Assembly: GCA_048938105.1 (NCBI GenBank) | Contig: JBHLMN010000004.1 | Coordinates: 160,001 to 224,000 of the forward strand | Origin: Promethearchaeota archaeon | GTDB lineage: Archaea; Asgardarchaeota; Heimdallarchaeia; Hodarchaeales; Hodarchaeaceae | Direction: 5' to 3' | Length of the DNA stretch: 64,000 nucleotides | Shown: one piece after another, positions 10,093 to 20,532 of the stretch | Layout: each line of letters opens with the position of its first letter | Position numbering within the stretch: position 1 is the first letter of the stretch | Position numbers and translations under genes: made by a program | The notes under the pieces: generated by a model | Databases searched by the model: none | Told to the model about the DNA's origin: nothing | The model's input: only the letters and a program-made list of their open reading frames with translations

Positions 10093-11181
10093 CTAATCAC
10101 GAATCAAGAAATTAATAACGTTTTCTGAAATATCAAGAGAATACTCCACTATCCTTCTTATACTCTCGACAATATTATCTAGAGGAATTGCTATTTTTGA
10201 TTCTTGTTGAAATGCGTAATCCATGATCACTTTACTCATGTCTTCGGGTTTAGTAATAGATTCAATATTTTGATTAGCTTTTTTAGTGTCTCTTTCGAAA
10301 AGTGAATCAATACTTATCTGGAAAACTCGAAGAGCAGAATTAATTGACGATTCAATTTGATCCATGACATCCTTATCTAATGGCTGATCAAGAAGGGGAA
10401 CAGTATTATCAGCAATCCTCACTGCGTGATCAGCAATTCTTTCAATGATCCTACTTATTAAGAACATATTTGCAGCTGCTCCTGCTGTGATTCCCATTTT
10501 TTCTGCAAGAGTAGGATCGCTTAATAACATATTAGTTAATCTTATAACCAACCAATGAAGTCTGTCTACATCATCGTCAATCAATCGAACATTTTGTGCT
10601 GAATTTTTATCAGAGTTTTTCAATGCAGATATGGCTGTTGAGTGCATGTTTTTAGTTGTTCTATACATTCGTTTTATTATGTTTTCAAATGGCATTTCTT
10701 CTGGTTTTAACAAATCTTTGATTAGAACATAGTTGTCTCTTTCATCTACAATTTCACACCCAATAATTTGTTGGACGAAATCTCTAATTATTAACCTATA
10801 AGGGGGTAAAATAGCGTCCTCCGAGTTTATCTCAATTTTAGTATATCCTGCTATATAGGCTGAAATCAAGTACCGATAAAAAAAAGTGGTGTCTGGGATA
10901 GTTTGAATATCTATGGTTTTTTTACGTTCAATTGATTTTCCTGATAAATTGGGTGTAATAAGTAGAGTATTATCAGGTTGGGTAACTAAACCTAATCTCA
11001 TTCCTTTAATTCTATCAATATCATCATCTTCATTGATTTCGTTCTCTTCTTCTTGAAGCTGTTTTGTTTTAACTAAATTCATTAACCAATCTTTGGGTAA
11101 AGTAATCACATAAGATGACCCACCAGTCTTTTGAATTTTGCGAGTTTCCATCTTTTGTGAGAAAGCATTATTCTCTATCAT
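10093..11181 (-). CDS. Archaeal phosphate-uptake regulator (AbrB-like N-terminus + PhoU domains)
   Basis: RKIQKTGGSSYVITLPKDW (AbrB/SpoVT) plus DDDVDRL and IERIADHA PhoU motifs; divergent from pstS. Confidence 0.9.
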   Translation of the reverse strand: MIENNAFSQKMETRKIQKTGGSSYVITLPKDWLMNLVKTKQLQEEENEINEDDDIDRIKGMRLGLVTQPDNTLLITPNLSGKSIERKKTIDIQTIPDTTFFYRYLISAYIAGYTKIEINSEDAILPPYRLIIRDFVQQIIGCEIVDERDNYVLIKDLLKPEEMPFENIIKRMYRTTKNMHSTAISALKNSDKNSAQNVRLIDDDVDRLHWLVIRLTNMLLSDPTLAEKMGITAGAAANMFLISRIIERIADHAVRIADNTVPLLDQPLDKDVMDQIESSINSALRVFQISIDSLFERDTKKANQNIESITKPEDMSKVIMDYAFQQESKIAIPLDNIVESIRRIVEYSLDISENVINFLIRD

Positions 11182-11725
11182 TGTTTAAAATTCCACATTT
11201 CACTAAAGGTTGAAACTTTCATTATCAAATGATATTTCATACTTTTTCTCAGTAATTACACTAATGAGACATTTCTATAATACATTAATAAAGCAATTAA
11301 GGCATAATCTTATTCCTAAGACATTGATTAGGCTATTAGTCTTCCAGTGAATATCCTTACATGCGAATATACTAACTTACATAAATATATAATGAATGAG
11401 AAATCTATAGTGGAATATATATCTACATACTTAAATTGGTATTGACATACAAATATATGGCGTAAATGGTCAAAGTATATATCTAAGCTAGTGTAAATGG
11501 GAAGTGGTGATTGACTAAACAAAATGTCGTAAAAAACGATTCTTTAACGCTCAATAACTAATTGTATCCATTTTTATCCTTTCAATTGATAAAATTTTAG
11601 TATTTAACTAAAGAAATAGCGAAATAATCAGAATGTATTTTTAACTTCAAAGTGGATTATAATTAACTTAAAGAAGCATTTGAGTTATCACCTAGGGAAT
11701 ACAAATCAAATTCGGTGTAATAAAC

Positions 11726-12616
11726 ATGAAACTACTATCAAAGAACTATATGAAGTATACCATCATTCCAGTACTAGCCTTAGTGATCTTCATGTCAGGT
11801 TGTACACAGGCAGGAGATAAGATAGTCGTGATAGGAAGACCAAGCACATCTGGTACACGAGGTACTTTTGATGAATTGGTTCTAGATGAAGAAAACCCCA
11901 CTGCTAAGATGGAGGAACAAGAAAGCAATACATTAGTACATGACAGAGTTTCGGACACAAAGTACGCTATAGGGTACGTTGGGCTCGGATATGTAGATAA
12001 AGATGTTAAAGCACTTGAAATAGATGGAGAACTTCCTAGCGAAGCCACAATCTTGGACGGTTCTTATCCAATATCCCGTGGATTAAACCTATTCACTAAT
12101 GGTGAACCTACTGGTACAATTAAGGATTTCATTGATTTTATAATGAGCAAAGAAGGACAAGATATTGTAGAGGATGAAGGATTCATCCAGATCAATAAGA
12201 GCGCAGCAAAATATAATGCTAGCGGAGATGTATCACTGTTGCCTTCAACTAAACTTTCTCTTAAAGGTTCAACAACAGTTCTTCCTATAGCAAATGCCAG
12301 TGCAATCGAGTATATGAAAATCCAGACGAATATACAAATCTCAGTATCTGGTGGAGGTTCTGGTCAAGGAATAGAAGCCATTGGTAAAGAAGAAGTAAGT
12401 ATCGGTATGGCTAGTCGTGAACTAAAGCAAGAAGAAATAGATAATTATCCAGATTTAGTAAAGACAGTAATCGCCAACGATGGGATTGCAGTTATAGTTC
12501 ACCCTGACAATGATGTTATTGGTATAAGCTTGGAGACCTTAAAAGGTATTTATCTAGGTGATTTTACAACCTGGTCTGAAGTGAAAGACGAAATGGGAAC
12601 TACTGTCAAGGAATGA
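11726..12616 (+). CDS. pstS: Phosphate ABC transporter substrate-binding lipoprotein PstS (circularly permuted)
   Basis: Lipobox FMSGC; motifs R..TSGTR, IGYVGLGY, YPISR, GSTTVLP, GGGSG.GI, DGIAVIVHP. Confidence 0.92.
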   Translation: MKLLSKNYMKYTIIPVLALVIFMSGCTQAGDKIVVIGRPSTSGTRGTFDELVLDEENPTAKMEEQESNTLVHDRVSDTKYAIGYVGLGYVDKDVKALEIDGELPSEATILDGSYPISRGLNLFTNGEPTGTIKDFIDFIMSKEGQDIVEDEGFIQINKSAAKYNASGDVSLLPSTKLSLKGSTTVLPIANASAIEYMKIQTNIQISVSGGGSGQGIEAIGKEEVSIGMASRELKQEEIDNYPDLVKTVIANDGIAVIVHPDNDVIGISLETLKGIYLGDFTTWSEVKDEMGTTVKE

Positions 12617-12644
12617 ATAGGAAAGAGCATTTTACTTCTCTCTT

Positions 12645-12712
12645 TGCCAGATGTCCTCCAAATATCACTTGGCAGGTAAAAAATTCCCCAACCACCTTTT
12701 ATTTTTTTACCT
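12645..12712 (+). other. Putative mRNA stem-loops in the pstS-pstCA intergenic region
   Basis: TGCCAGATG/CACTTGGCA (12645-12674, one mismatch, one G-U) and AGGTAAAAAA/TTTTTTACCT (12674-12712). Confidence 0.45.
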
Positions 12713-12768
12713 TTAACTGACATACTCTCTCGATAACTGATTAGCGTTCAATATAGGGGTAATTAAAA

Positions 12769-15099
12769 ATGCAGCAAGAGACCAAATCAGATTTATTAGT
12801 CATCAATATGGATTCTTTACGGAAATTGGTAAAATTGTTATTCATCCTCCCAATAACCATACCTAGCTTTCTTATAATAAGTTTCCTAATATCAAAAGGT
12901 CTGGATGGTCTCACGAATGGAGACATATTAACATCGATAATTATGTTTGGTTTATTAGGTTTAATTTTTCTTTATTTAATTATTTTTATTCAGGTAATTC
13001 GATTTCTAACAAGAATAATCCTTACAATAGTATTAACAAGTATTCTTTTTATCTTACTATCACTTTTTCATTACTCGATCGGTCAGATTGAATATGAAAC
13101 TCAGCTATTAAATATTGAAACAGTAATTTATCTTCTCGTAATTGGTTTTATACTGCTTTTTATTTACATATTTGTTGTAGAAAGCGTGAAGTATGAACGT
13201 ATAATAAGAACTGTACTATACTTATCTGCTGTTTTTGCAATTGTTGCAATTTCTGTTATTCTTATCTTCTTAGCATATGAAGGACTTCCAATATTTGATG
13301 TAATAGGTATTGGAGAGTTTCTATTAGGTATTGATTGGTTTCCAGCAGCATTACTTGAAGAGAACAAATCATTTGGAGCATTTCCGTTAATATGGGGAAC
13401 AGTGATTGTCGCAATAGGCGCAATAGTAATATCTGTTCCATTAAGTATTTGTGCTGCAATATTCATATCAGAAATAGCACCTCCCGCAGTAAGGGAAGTT
13501 GTTAAACCTGCTATAGAACTCCTTGCTGGAATCCCCTCAATAATTTATGGCTTCTTTGGTGTAGTAATTGTTGTATCTTTTTTGCAAGAACCAATTCCAG
13601 GGTATTTTATGTTATCTTCTGGTGCCTCTGCTTTTACCGGCTCACTTATTCTTGCGATAATGGCATTACCAACTATTACAAGTGTAGCAGAAGATGCAAT
13701 TAATTCAGTACCAGAAGATTACAAAGAAGCTTCCCTCGCAGTTGGTGCGACAAATTGGCAGACTATCAGTAGAGTAACAGTGCCTGCAGCAATATCAGGG
13801 ATAACTGCAGCGATCATTCTAGGAATGGGGAGGGCAATAGGTGAGACTATGGCAGTAATGATGGTCATGGGAAATTCTGCTATTGTTTCATTTAATCTAC
13901 TAGAAAGCATGAGAGCGATTACATCAACCCTTGCCATCGAAATGGGGGAAGTCGCAGTAGGAAGCGAACATTACCATGCTCTCTTCGGTCTTGCTCTTGT
14001 TCTATTGATCATAACATTATTCATAAACTCAATGAGTGTTATAATAATAGACAGATTCAAAATCTCAAATAAAACTACTAAGAAAAGAGAAGAGAAATCA
14101 GTATTATCTCTAGCAATTGAAAATAACAAACGTAAACTTATTATAAGTGGATTTGTAATTATAGGGGTAGTGTCAGGTATATTTCTTGCTGCTACAATAG
14201 GATTGGTTCTTACAATTTTATTGTACATTATTATAATTATCTCGTATTATGGTAAAAAAAAGGTGTATGATAAGCTTCCAGCTTCTAATAAGCAAATTGT
14301 GGCTTATAGTATAGTTTTTGTAATGGTTGGTATAGTTGTATTAATATTATTCATTATAATTGGGTATATTGTAATTAATGGAATACCATATATATCTCTT
14401 GATTTTATTTTGAAATCAGGCACAGAGGGGATTTTTCCAGCTATTTATGGAACATTTTTATTAGTAATTGGCGCAATTACATTTGCCCTACCAATTGGAA
14501 TTTGTGCAGCAATATTTCTGGTCGAATATCAGACTGAAGGGAGAGCTACCAAAATCATCCGAGCTGGATTTGACCTATTGAACGGCACTCCTAGTATTGT
14601 GTATGGATTATTTGGTTTTACTTTCTTCGTTCTTGCATTGGGTTGGGGATTATCATTAATAGCTTGTCAGGTTACACTTGGTTTAATGATTCTTCCCACT
14701 GTATTAAGAACAACAGAAGAGTCTCTAAAAGCTGTGCCCGAATCAGTAAGGGAAGGTTCTTTAGCTCTAGGAGCGACTAAATGGCAAACAATAAGAAAAG
14801 TTGTGCTACCACCAGCTTTACCAGGTATTGTAACAGGATCTATACTTGGCATTGGTAGATCTGCAGGAGAAACAGCCCCAATCCTGTTTACTGGTGCTGT
14901 TTTTTTACAGCCAAATCTCCCTGAATCCCTATTTGATACTGTAATGGCATTACCTTATCTTCTATACGGTCTTTTAGAATTTCCAACATCTGAGAAAATG
15001 CGGTACGGTACAGCTCTAGTTCTATTGATTATAGTCTGTGGTTTATACTTAATTGCTATTATTATCCGTAATGTTTCTCGGAGAAGAATTCGGTGGTGA
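12769..15099 (+). CDS. pstCA: Fused phosphate ABC permease PstC-PstA with extra N-terminal TM segments
   Basis: PstC half: [33 protein letters not shown]. PstA half: [26 protein letters not shown]. Confidence 0.92.
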   Translation: MQQETKSDLLVINMDSLRKLVKLLFILPITIPSFLIISFLISKGLDGLTNGDILTSIIMFGLLGLIFLYLIIFIQVIRFLTRIILTIVLTSILFILLSLFHYSIGQIEYETQLLNIETVIYLLVIGFILLFIYIFVVESVKYERIIRTVLYLSAVFAIVAISVILIFLAYEGLPIFDVIGIGEFLLGIDWFPAALLEENKSFGAFPLIWGTVIVAIGAIVISVPLSICAAIFISEIAPPAVREVVKPAIELLAGIPSIIYGFFGVVIVVSFLQEPIPGYFMLSSGASAFTGSLILAIMALPTITSVAEDAINSVPEDYKEASLAVGATNWQTISRVTVPAAISGITAAIILGMGRAIGETMAVMMVMGNSAIVSFNLLESMRAITSTLAIEMGEVAVGSEHYHALFGLALVLLIITLFINSMSVIIIDRFKISNKTTKKREEKSVLSLAIENNKRKLIISGFVIIGVVSGIFLAATIGLVLTILLYIIIIISYYGKKKVYDKLPASNKQIVAYSIVFVMVGIVVLILFIIIGYIVINGIPYISLDFILKSGTEGIFPAIYGTFLLVIGAITFALPIGICAAIFLVEYQTEGRATKIIRAGFDLLNGTPSIVYGLFGFTFFVLALGWGLSLIACQVTLGLMILPTVLRTTEESLKAVPESVREGSLALGATKWQTIRKVVLPPALPGIVTGSILGIGRSAGETAPILFTGAVFLQPNLPESLFDTVMALPYLLYGLLEFPTSEKMRYGTALVLLIIVCGLYLIAIIIRNVSRRRIRW

Positions 15100-15866
15100 A
15101 TGGAATGGAAAATGGATATATAATCAAAACGCGAGATCTCAACCTATGGTATGATGATTTTCAAGCATTAATTGATATTAATATAAATATAGAAAGACAT
15201 AAGGTAACTGCTCTGATAGGTCCATCTGGATGCGGTAAATCAACATTACTTAGATGTTTTAACCGATTGAATGATCTAATTCCTGGTTGTCGAATAACAG
15301 GGGAAGTACTATTTAATGGCGAAGATATTTATGGTTCAAATTTAGATATTGTTAATATTAGGAAAAATAATGGCATGGTATTTCAGAAACCAAACCCATT
15401 CCCCAAAACGGTCTGGGAAAATATTGCATATGGACCTCAAACCCATATGATTAGAAATAAAGCGAAATTAAATAAGATTGTTGAAAAGACCTTAAAACAA
15501 GCTGCATTATGGAATGAGGTATCTGATCGCTTAGACGATTCAGCTTTAGAATTATCTGGAGGTCAACAACAAAGATTGTGTATTGCTCGAGCACTTTCAG
15601 TAGAACCTGAAGTTATTCTAATGGATGAACCTTGTTCTGCTTTAGATCCAATTGCTACTGGGAAAATTGAAAATCTAATTAACGAACTAAAGAAAACATA
15701 TACTGTTATCATTGTTACTCATAATATGCAACAGGCTGCTCGAGTTTCTGATTATACGGGATTTATGTATTTAGGGAAACTCATTGAATTTGATCGCACA
15801 ACAAAAATATTTGAGAATCCAAAAGAAGAATTAACTGAAAATTATATTACTGGACGTTTTGGTTAG
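15093..15866 (+). CDS. pstB: Phosphate ABC transporter ATPase
   Basis: [40 protein letters not shown]. Confidence 0.97.
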   Translation: MVNGMENGYIIKTRDLNLWYDDFQALIDININIERHKVTALIGPSGCGKSTLLRCFNRLNDLIPGCRITGEVLFNGEDIYGSNLDIVNIRKNNGMVFQKPNPFPKTVWENIAYGPQTHMIRNKAKLNKIVEKTLKQAALWNEVSDRLDDSALELSGGQQQRLCIARALSVEPEVILMDEPCSALDPIATGKIENLINELKKTYTVIIVTHNMQQAARVSDYTGFMYLGKLIEFDRTTKIFENPKEELTENYITGRFG

Positions 15867-15874
15867 GTTTTAAA

Positions 15875-16531
15875 ATGACAGAAAAATTCCATGAAGATTT
15901 AGTTCAATTGAAGAGCGATATAGTTAAAATGGGCCAATTAGCAAATGACATGTTATGCGGAGCCGTTGCAGCATTAAAAAATCAAGATAAGGAGCAAGCA
16001 AACTTTATACTTGCCAATAAAGATAAAATTCTTGACATGGATGATGAAATAGAACGAAAAGCACTAGAATTACTTACATTATATCAACCAATGGGTGGGG
16101 ATATCCGAACAATTGGTGCTTCACTTAAAATAATAACATACTTAACACGAGTGGGGAGATATGGGAAGGATATCGCAAAGATTGCAATTGAGCTTTCTAT
16201 TGAACCTCCTTTAGCTAAATTAGTCAGTATTCCATTTATGCAAAAAAAAGTATGTGAAATGCTCAGCGATGTCTTAGATGCGTATAGTACTGCAAAATTA
16301 ACCAAAATAAATCCCGAAAGCATTACAGAAAGAGATAATGATATTGATGCGCTTAGATATTCAATTTTTAGGGAGTGCATTAGCTATATGATGGAAGATC
16401 CTAGGAATATTTCTAGATGTGCTAATTATGTAATGGTTGCCAGATATCTAGAACGATGTGGGGATCATGCATGCAAAATCGCAGAGAAGGTTCACTATAT
16501 GGTCAATGGGAAGCGAGTAGAAATTAGTTAA
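15875..16531 (+). CDS. phoU: Phosphate signalling protein PhoU (copy 1)
   Basis: MDDEIE...YQP..DIR; RYLERCGDHA. Confidence 0.95.
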   Translation: MTEKFHEDLVQLKSDIVKMGQLANDMLCGAVAALKNQDKEQANFILANKDKILDMDDEIERKALELLTLYQPMGGDIRTIGASLKIITYLTRVGRYGKDIAKIAIELSIEPPLAKLVSIPFMQKKVCEMLSDVLDAYSTAKLTKINPESITERDNDIDALRYSIFRECISYMMEDPRNISRCANYVMVARYLERCGDHACKIAEKVHYMVNGKRVEIS

Positions 16532-16541
16532 TAATTTTAAG

Positions 16542-17213
16542 GTGTTATCTTTGGCAGAAAAATTTCACGAAAAACTTGCAGAATTAAAATATGATGTCAT
16601 GAGAATGGGTCTTTTCGCTGGTGATATGCTTAGTAAGGCAATTGAAGCCTTAAAAAAACGTGACACGAAACTTGCAGAGTTTGTACTTTCTCAAAAAATC
16701 CTACTTAGCGAGATGGATGATGAAATTGAAGCCAAAGCTTTGCAATTACTCACATTGTATCAACCTATGGCAAAGGATGTCCGTGTAGTCGCGTGTTCAT
16801 TAAAGCTAATCACTTACTTAACACGAATCGGAAGATATGGGAAAGACATTGCTAATATCACCGTTATTTTAGCCAAAGAACCACTGAATGAGGTCATAAA
16901 GCCGGTTAAAATACCTCAAATGGGTGAATTAACTGAAGAAATGATTGATGATTCTCTCAATGCATTCTATACTGAAGATCTTTCGTTGATAGGTCCAGAG
17001 GATCTTTCTGAAAGAGATGATGATTTAGATTCTCTTCGTTATTCCATATTTCGTGAATGCGTAAGCTATATGATTGAAGATCCACATAAAATCAATGTAT
17101 GTACACATTACATAATGGTGGGTCGGTATTTAGAACGATGTGGGGATCATGCGTGTAAAATGGCAGAGAAAATTCATTACATGGTAACTGGAAAACGGGT
17201 AGACATTAGTTGA
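16542..17213 (+). CDS. phoU: Phosphate signalling protein PhoU (copy 2)
   Basis: Close paralog of the preceding gene, with shared EKFHE, YLTR.GRYGKDIA and LRYSIFREC.SYM.EDP. Confidence 0.95.
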   Translation: MLSLAEKFHEKLAELKYDVMRMGLFAGDMLSKAIEALKKRDTKLAEFVLSQKILLSEMDDEIEAKALQLLTLYQPMAKDVRVVACSLKLITYLTRIGRYGKDIANITVILAKEPLNEVIKPVKIPQMGELTEEMIDDSLNAFYTEDLSLIGPEDLSERDDDLDSLRYSIFRECVSYMIEDPHKINVCTHYIMVGRYLERCGDHACKMAEKIHYMVTGKRVDIS

Positions 17214-17230
17214 AATGGAAAGGTGTCAAT

Positions 17231-17683
17231 ATGCAGAAAGTTTTATTTATTTGTACACATAATTCTGCTCGGTCTCAAATGGCTGAAGCAATTCTTCGAG
17301 TTAAATATGGAGATTCATTTCAAGCACTTAGTGCAGGAATTAATCCAACGAAATTAAACCCAATTGTGAAGAAGGTCATGGCTGAGATAGGTATTGATAT
17401 GTCTAACCACAAATCCAAGCACATTAACTTGTTTATGGATCAAAAAATTGATGTTGTTGTCACTGTGTGCGATTTTGCAAAAGAAAATTGCCCGTTTTTT
17501 CCTGGAGCTAAACAATACATGCATAAAAATTTTCCAGATCCCTCTCAATTCTCAGGTTCAGAAGAAGAGATATTAAATAATGTAAGAATGGTTAGGGATG
17601 AGATTATAAAATGGATTGATACGGAATTTAGATTATCTCAAAGGATCAGGAAAAAATCAATTAATTTCAAAGTTAAAATGTAA
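17231..17683 (+). CDS. arsC: Thioredoxin-coupled arsenate reductase (LMW-PTP family)
   Basis: P-loop FICTHNSARSQMAE, TVCD.A.E.CP (three redox Cys), FPDP. ATG 17231 follows AGGTG; the ORF track starts at TTG 17210. Confidence 0.9.
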   Translation: MQKVLFICTHNSARSQMAEAILRVKYGDSFQALSAGINPTKLNPIVKKVMAEIGIDMSNHKSKHINLFMDQKIDVVVTVCDFAKENCPFFPGAKQYMHKNFPDPSQFSGSEEEILNNVRMVRDEIIKWIDTEFRLSQRIRKKSINFKVKM

Positions 17684-17908
17684 AAGAGAAATTATTAGTG
17701 TATTTTAAGATTAAAAAATCTGATTAAGAGTTTCTGAAAGTAAGATACTTCTTGAATGGAATAAAGAGGCTGAAAACCGTAATATTTGAGAAGTCTTAAA
17801 GAAGAAAAACATAAATTGCTTTTATATATTTCTGTACGTGCAGAAGGTTATTGCCACATCACAAATCTATAAAAAAAGGAACTATATAAATGAAAAAACG
17901 ACCCTCTA

Positions 17909-19273
17909 ATGTTCATAAACAAAGTCTTAGGGACTCAAGAATTATCCTCTCGAGCTCAATACTATATGAGGACTTTCCTCTATCTAAGTATGATTATCTC
18001 ATTTCTTGGAAGTTTATCCAGTACATTCTATGTTCTATTTTCTATTGATCATATCGGGTTTGGATTAACTGCTGTTTGCACTAGCATCATGTTGGCGACT
18101 CAATTAATATTTGATTATCCTTCTGGGTCGTTAGGGGATTGGATCGGGCAACGATGGGTCTTAGCGATCGCCTTCAGCTTTTATGGAGTGTCTTTTCTCT
18201 TCTTGACGTCTGCATCCACATTTCTTGATTTTGCATTAATTGCTATAATAAATGGGTTTGGCAATGCTCAATCATCAGGAGCATTTAACACTTGGGTAGA
18301 TAATAATTACCGTGTGGCAGTAGGTGAGGCCGATCCTGATAGGAAAATTTATGGTTTTTCTACATCACGAGTTAATTCCCTTAACAATTTTGCATTAGCA
18401 GCTTCATTCATGGTAGGGGGAACCATAGCGACTCTTGTTTCCCGTCGAATTGTATTTGCGATACAATTCGGATTAAGTATTATCATTATCTTCCTCTTCC
18501 TTGCTTACCTAAGAGATATCAAAATTGATGATACACCCTCTATTGAGCCTTCAAAGACAAATTCGAACGCTGTTTCGAATTATTTTACATACCTTAAGGG
18601 TGGAATAAAATTCTTATTTTCAAGCAAAGCTGCTTTCTTCTTTCTCGTCGGAAATGCCATTTTTAATGTTACATGGATGATTTGGGGTGGTTTGGTGTTA
18701 TTTCCCTTGTACTTCGGTTATACAGGAACAGATGCACTTGCCGGATTGCTTCGAACTTCCCTCTTTCTGGCTGGAATTCCACTTTCGTTTTATATGGCAC
18801 ATATAAATAAACGAATCTCGAATGAGAAACTTCCTATTTTTCTCTTTCTAAGTACACTGTTATTTTTCCCTTCTTTCATACTCTTGACCCTATTTATGCC
18901 TCCGTCAAACAAAATTAATTTACTTGGAATCGCTCTAACCTTTATCCTACTCTGGACCATTGTTGGCACAACATTTAATATAGCCCAGACCCTCATACAG
19001 CGAATTATGCTTGATTTGGTTCCTTCAGAAAATCGCAATTCTGTTTATTCTTTGATGCCAACAGTTTTTTCTCTTATTGGTATTCCTGTTATTCCTTTTG
19101 CAGGAATAATTATTGAATCATACGGATTAGCAGGAGGTATTTTTACCGCTGGTATCGTTTGTATAATCGGATCTTTATTATTATCTCTCAGTCTGCATTT
19201 TAAATATAAGACTAAAACAAGACAAATCAGAGCAGCCATTCCTGATATTCATCCAATAGCTTATGAACCCTAA
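17909..19273 (+). CDS. MFS transporter
   Basis: DYPSGSLGDWIGQR motif A; about 12 TM segments; DLVPSENRNSVYS. Confidence 0.88.
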   Translation: MFINKVLGTQELSSRAQYYMRTFLYLSMIISFLGSLSSTFYVLFSIDHIGFGLTAVCTSIMLATQLIFDYPSGSLGDWIGQRWVLAIAFSFYGVSFLFLTSASTFLDFALIAIINGFGNAQSSGAFNTWVDNNYRVAVGEADPDRKIYGFSTSRVNSLNNFALAASFMVGGTIATLVSRRIVFAIQFGLSIIIIFLFLAYLRDIKIDDTPSIEPSKTNSNAVSNYFTYLKGGIKFLFSSKAAFFFLVGNAIFNVTWMIWGGLVLFPLYFGYTGTDALAGLLRTSLFLAGIPLSFYMAHINKRISNEKLPIFLFLSTLLFFPSFILLTLFMPPSNKINLLGIALTFILLWTIVGTTFNIAQTLIQRIMLDLVPSENRNSVYSLMPTVFSLIGIPVIPFAGIIIESYGLAGGIFTAGIVCIIGSLLLSLSLHFKYKTKTRQIRAAIPDIHPIAYEP

Positions 19274-19380
19274 ATCTTACGAGTCAGAAATACTGTTCTT
19301 AAGCCACTTTATTCAGAAATAGGATTTTCAAGACAGATAAGAAAGATGAATAACTGATCCACTAATTGAAGGAACTTCCC

Positions 19381-20463
19381 CTATGGTTTCATTTTTTTCT
19401 TTCGCGCCATCATTAAGACAAATCTTGCCGAAATTAAACCTCCTATAACGAAAGCGAATTCAAAACATGGAATAGCTGCAAAATGTGAAGCTATCGAAAT
19501 TTCTCCTCTATACACTAATGTGAGATCAGCTTCAAAAATGAAAAGCTCACGATCCTGATCAGCAAGATAGACGTATTCTCCGTCATAAAATATATCATGA
19601 GGGGTGGCATCCCTGTAATGGGCAATTTCAAAAGGTTGGTTAATATCTGTTATATTCAGGAGATACACTCCCTTTTGTAGGTCGGCAACATAGAGATGAG
19701 TTGTGTTTCCAGTAACACCAAAAACTTCACATTCAGATTTTTGATATTGCCCTAAGATTGTTGGTGATTGAGGGGTTGAAATATCAATAATACGGACTCC
19801 ATTTCCATGACAACCTAAGAACATTAGATGTTCATAAATGTAGATATCAATGACACCATGAGTTCCAGAAACTGTTCTGATTCTACTTGGAGAGGAAGGA
19901 TCTGAAACATTAATAACTTTTAGACCGTTATTAGGATCAGCAAGGTATGCAAGGCCATCCTTGAGCGCAATATCTCTGAATTCACCTCCATCATCGAATG
20001 TACTAACCTTAGTAATTGCTTTAGGATTAGAAATATCGAATATTTCGAGACCACGGGGATATTCTGTTACATACGCATAAGAACCTTCAACACATACACT
20101 GTTTGCACTTCCCCCATCCGAATACTCTCCAATAATAACTGGTCTATCTGGGTTACTGATATTTACTATAAGGAATCCATTACTGTCGCTAGCAATATAT
20201 AAAAAGTCTTCAATTACTTCTACTCCAAATGCGCCGTCACTAGTAGTGATTTCTCCGATTTGTATTGGATTGCTTGGATTACTAACATCGTGGATTTCTG
20301 TACCATCATTATTTGTGATAAAAACATAATTATCTTGGACAAAGACCTCATATCCAACATTGATCCCGTTTTGTGTAATGATCATTATACCAAAAACAAT
20401 CACACATATACCAATGAAAATTGCACCAATTATTGGAACAATGATCTTTCTGTTTAATCTCAT
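19381..20463 (-). CDS. LVIVD-repeat surface protein with C-terminal anchor
   Basis: Repeats of AY.AD...GL.I.DIS.P..P; N-terminal signal/TM; C-terminal PCFE + TM + RKKK. Confidence 0.88.
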   Translation of the reverse strand: MRLNRKIIVPIIGAIFIGICVIVFGIMIITQNGINVGYEVFVQDNYVFITNNDGTEIHDVSNPSNPIQIGEITTSDGAFGVEVIEDFLYIASDSNGFLIVNISNPDRPVIIGEYSDGGSANSVCVEGSYAYVTEYPRGLEIFDISNPKAITKVSTFDDGGEFRDIALKDGLAYLADPNNGLKVINVSDPSSPSRIRTVSGTHGVIDIYIYEHLMFLGCHGNGVRIIDISTPQSPTILGQYQKSECEVFGVTGNTTHLYVADLQKGVYLLNITDINQPFEIAHYRDATPHDIFYDGEYVYLADQDRELFIFEADLTLVYRGEISIASHFAAIPCFEFAFVIGGLISARFVLMMARKKKMKP

Positions 20464-20532
20464 TTTTTTTCCACTTTGAGCTTTTATTTAATGAATCTAA
20501 GAATTTTGCACTTAGTTTAATCATCCAACATC

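Noticed and set aside
11328-11522. 64-aa minus-strand ORF in the pst promoter region
   Set aside because: TTG start, no motif, low-complexity AT-rich sequence; better explained as regulatory DNA.
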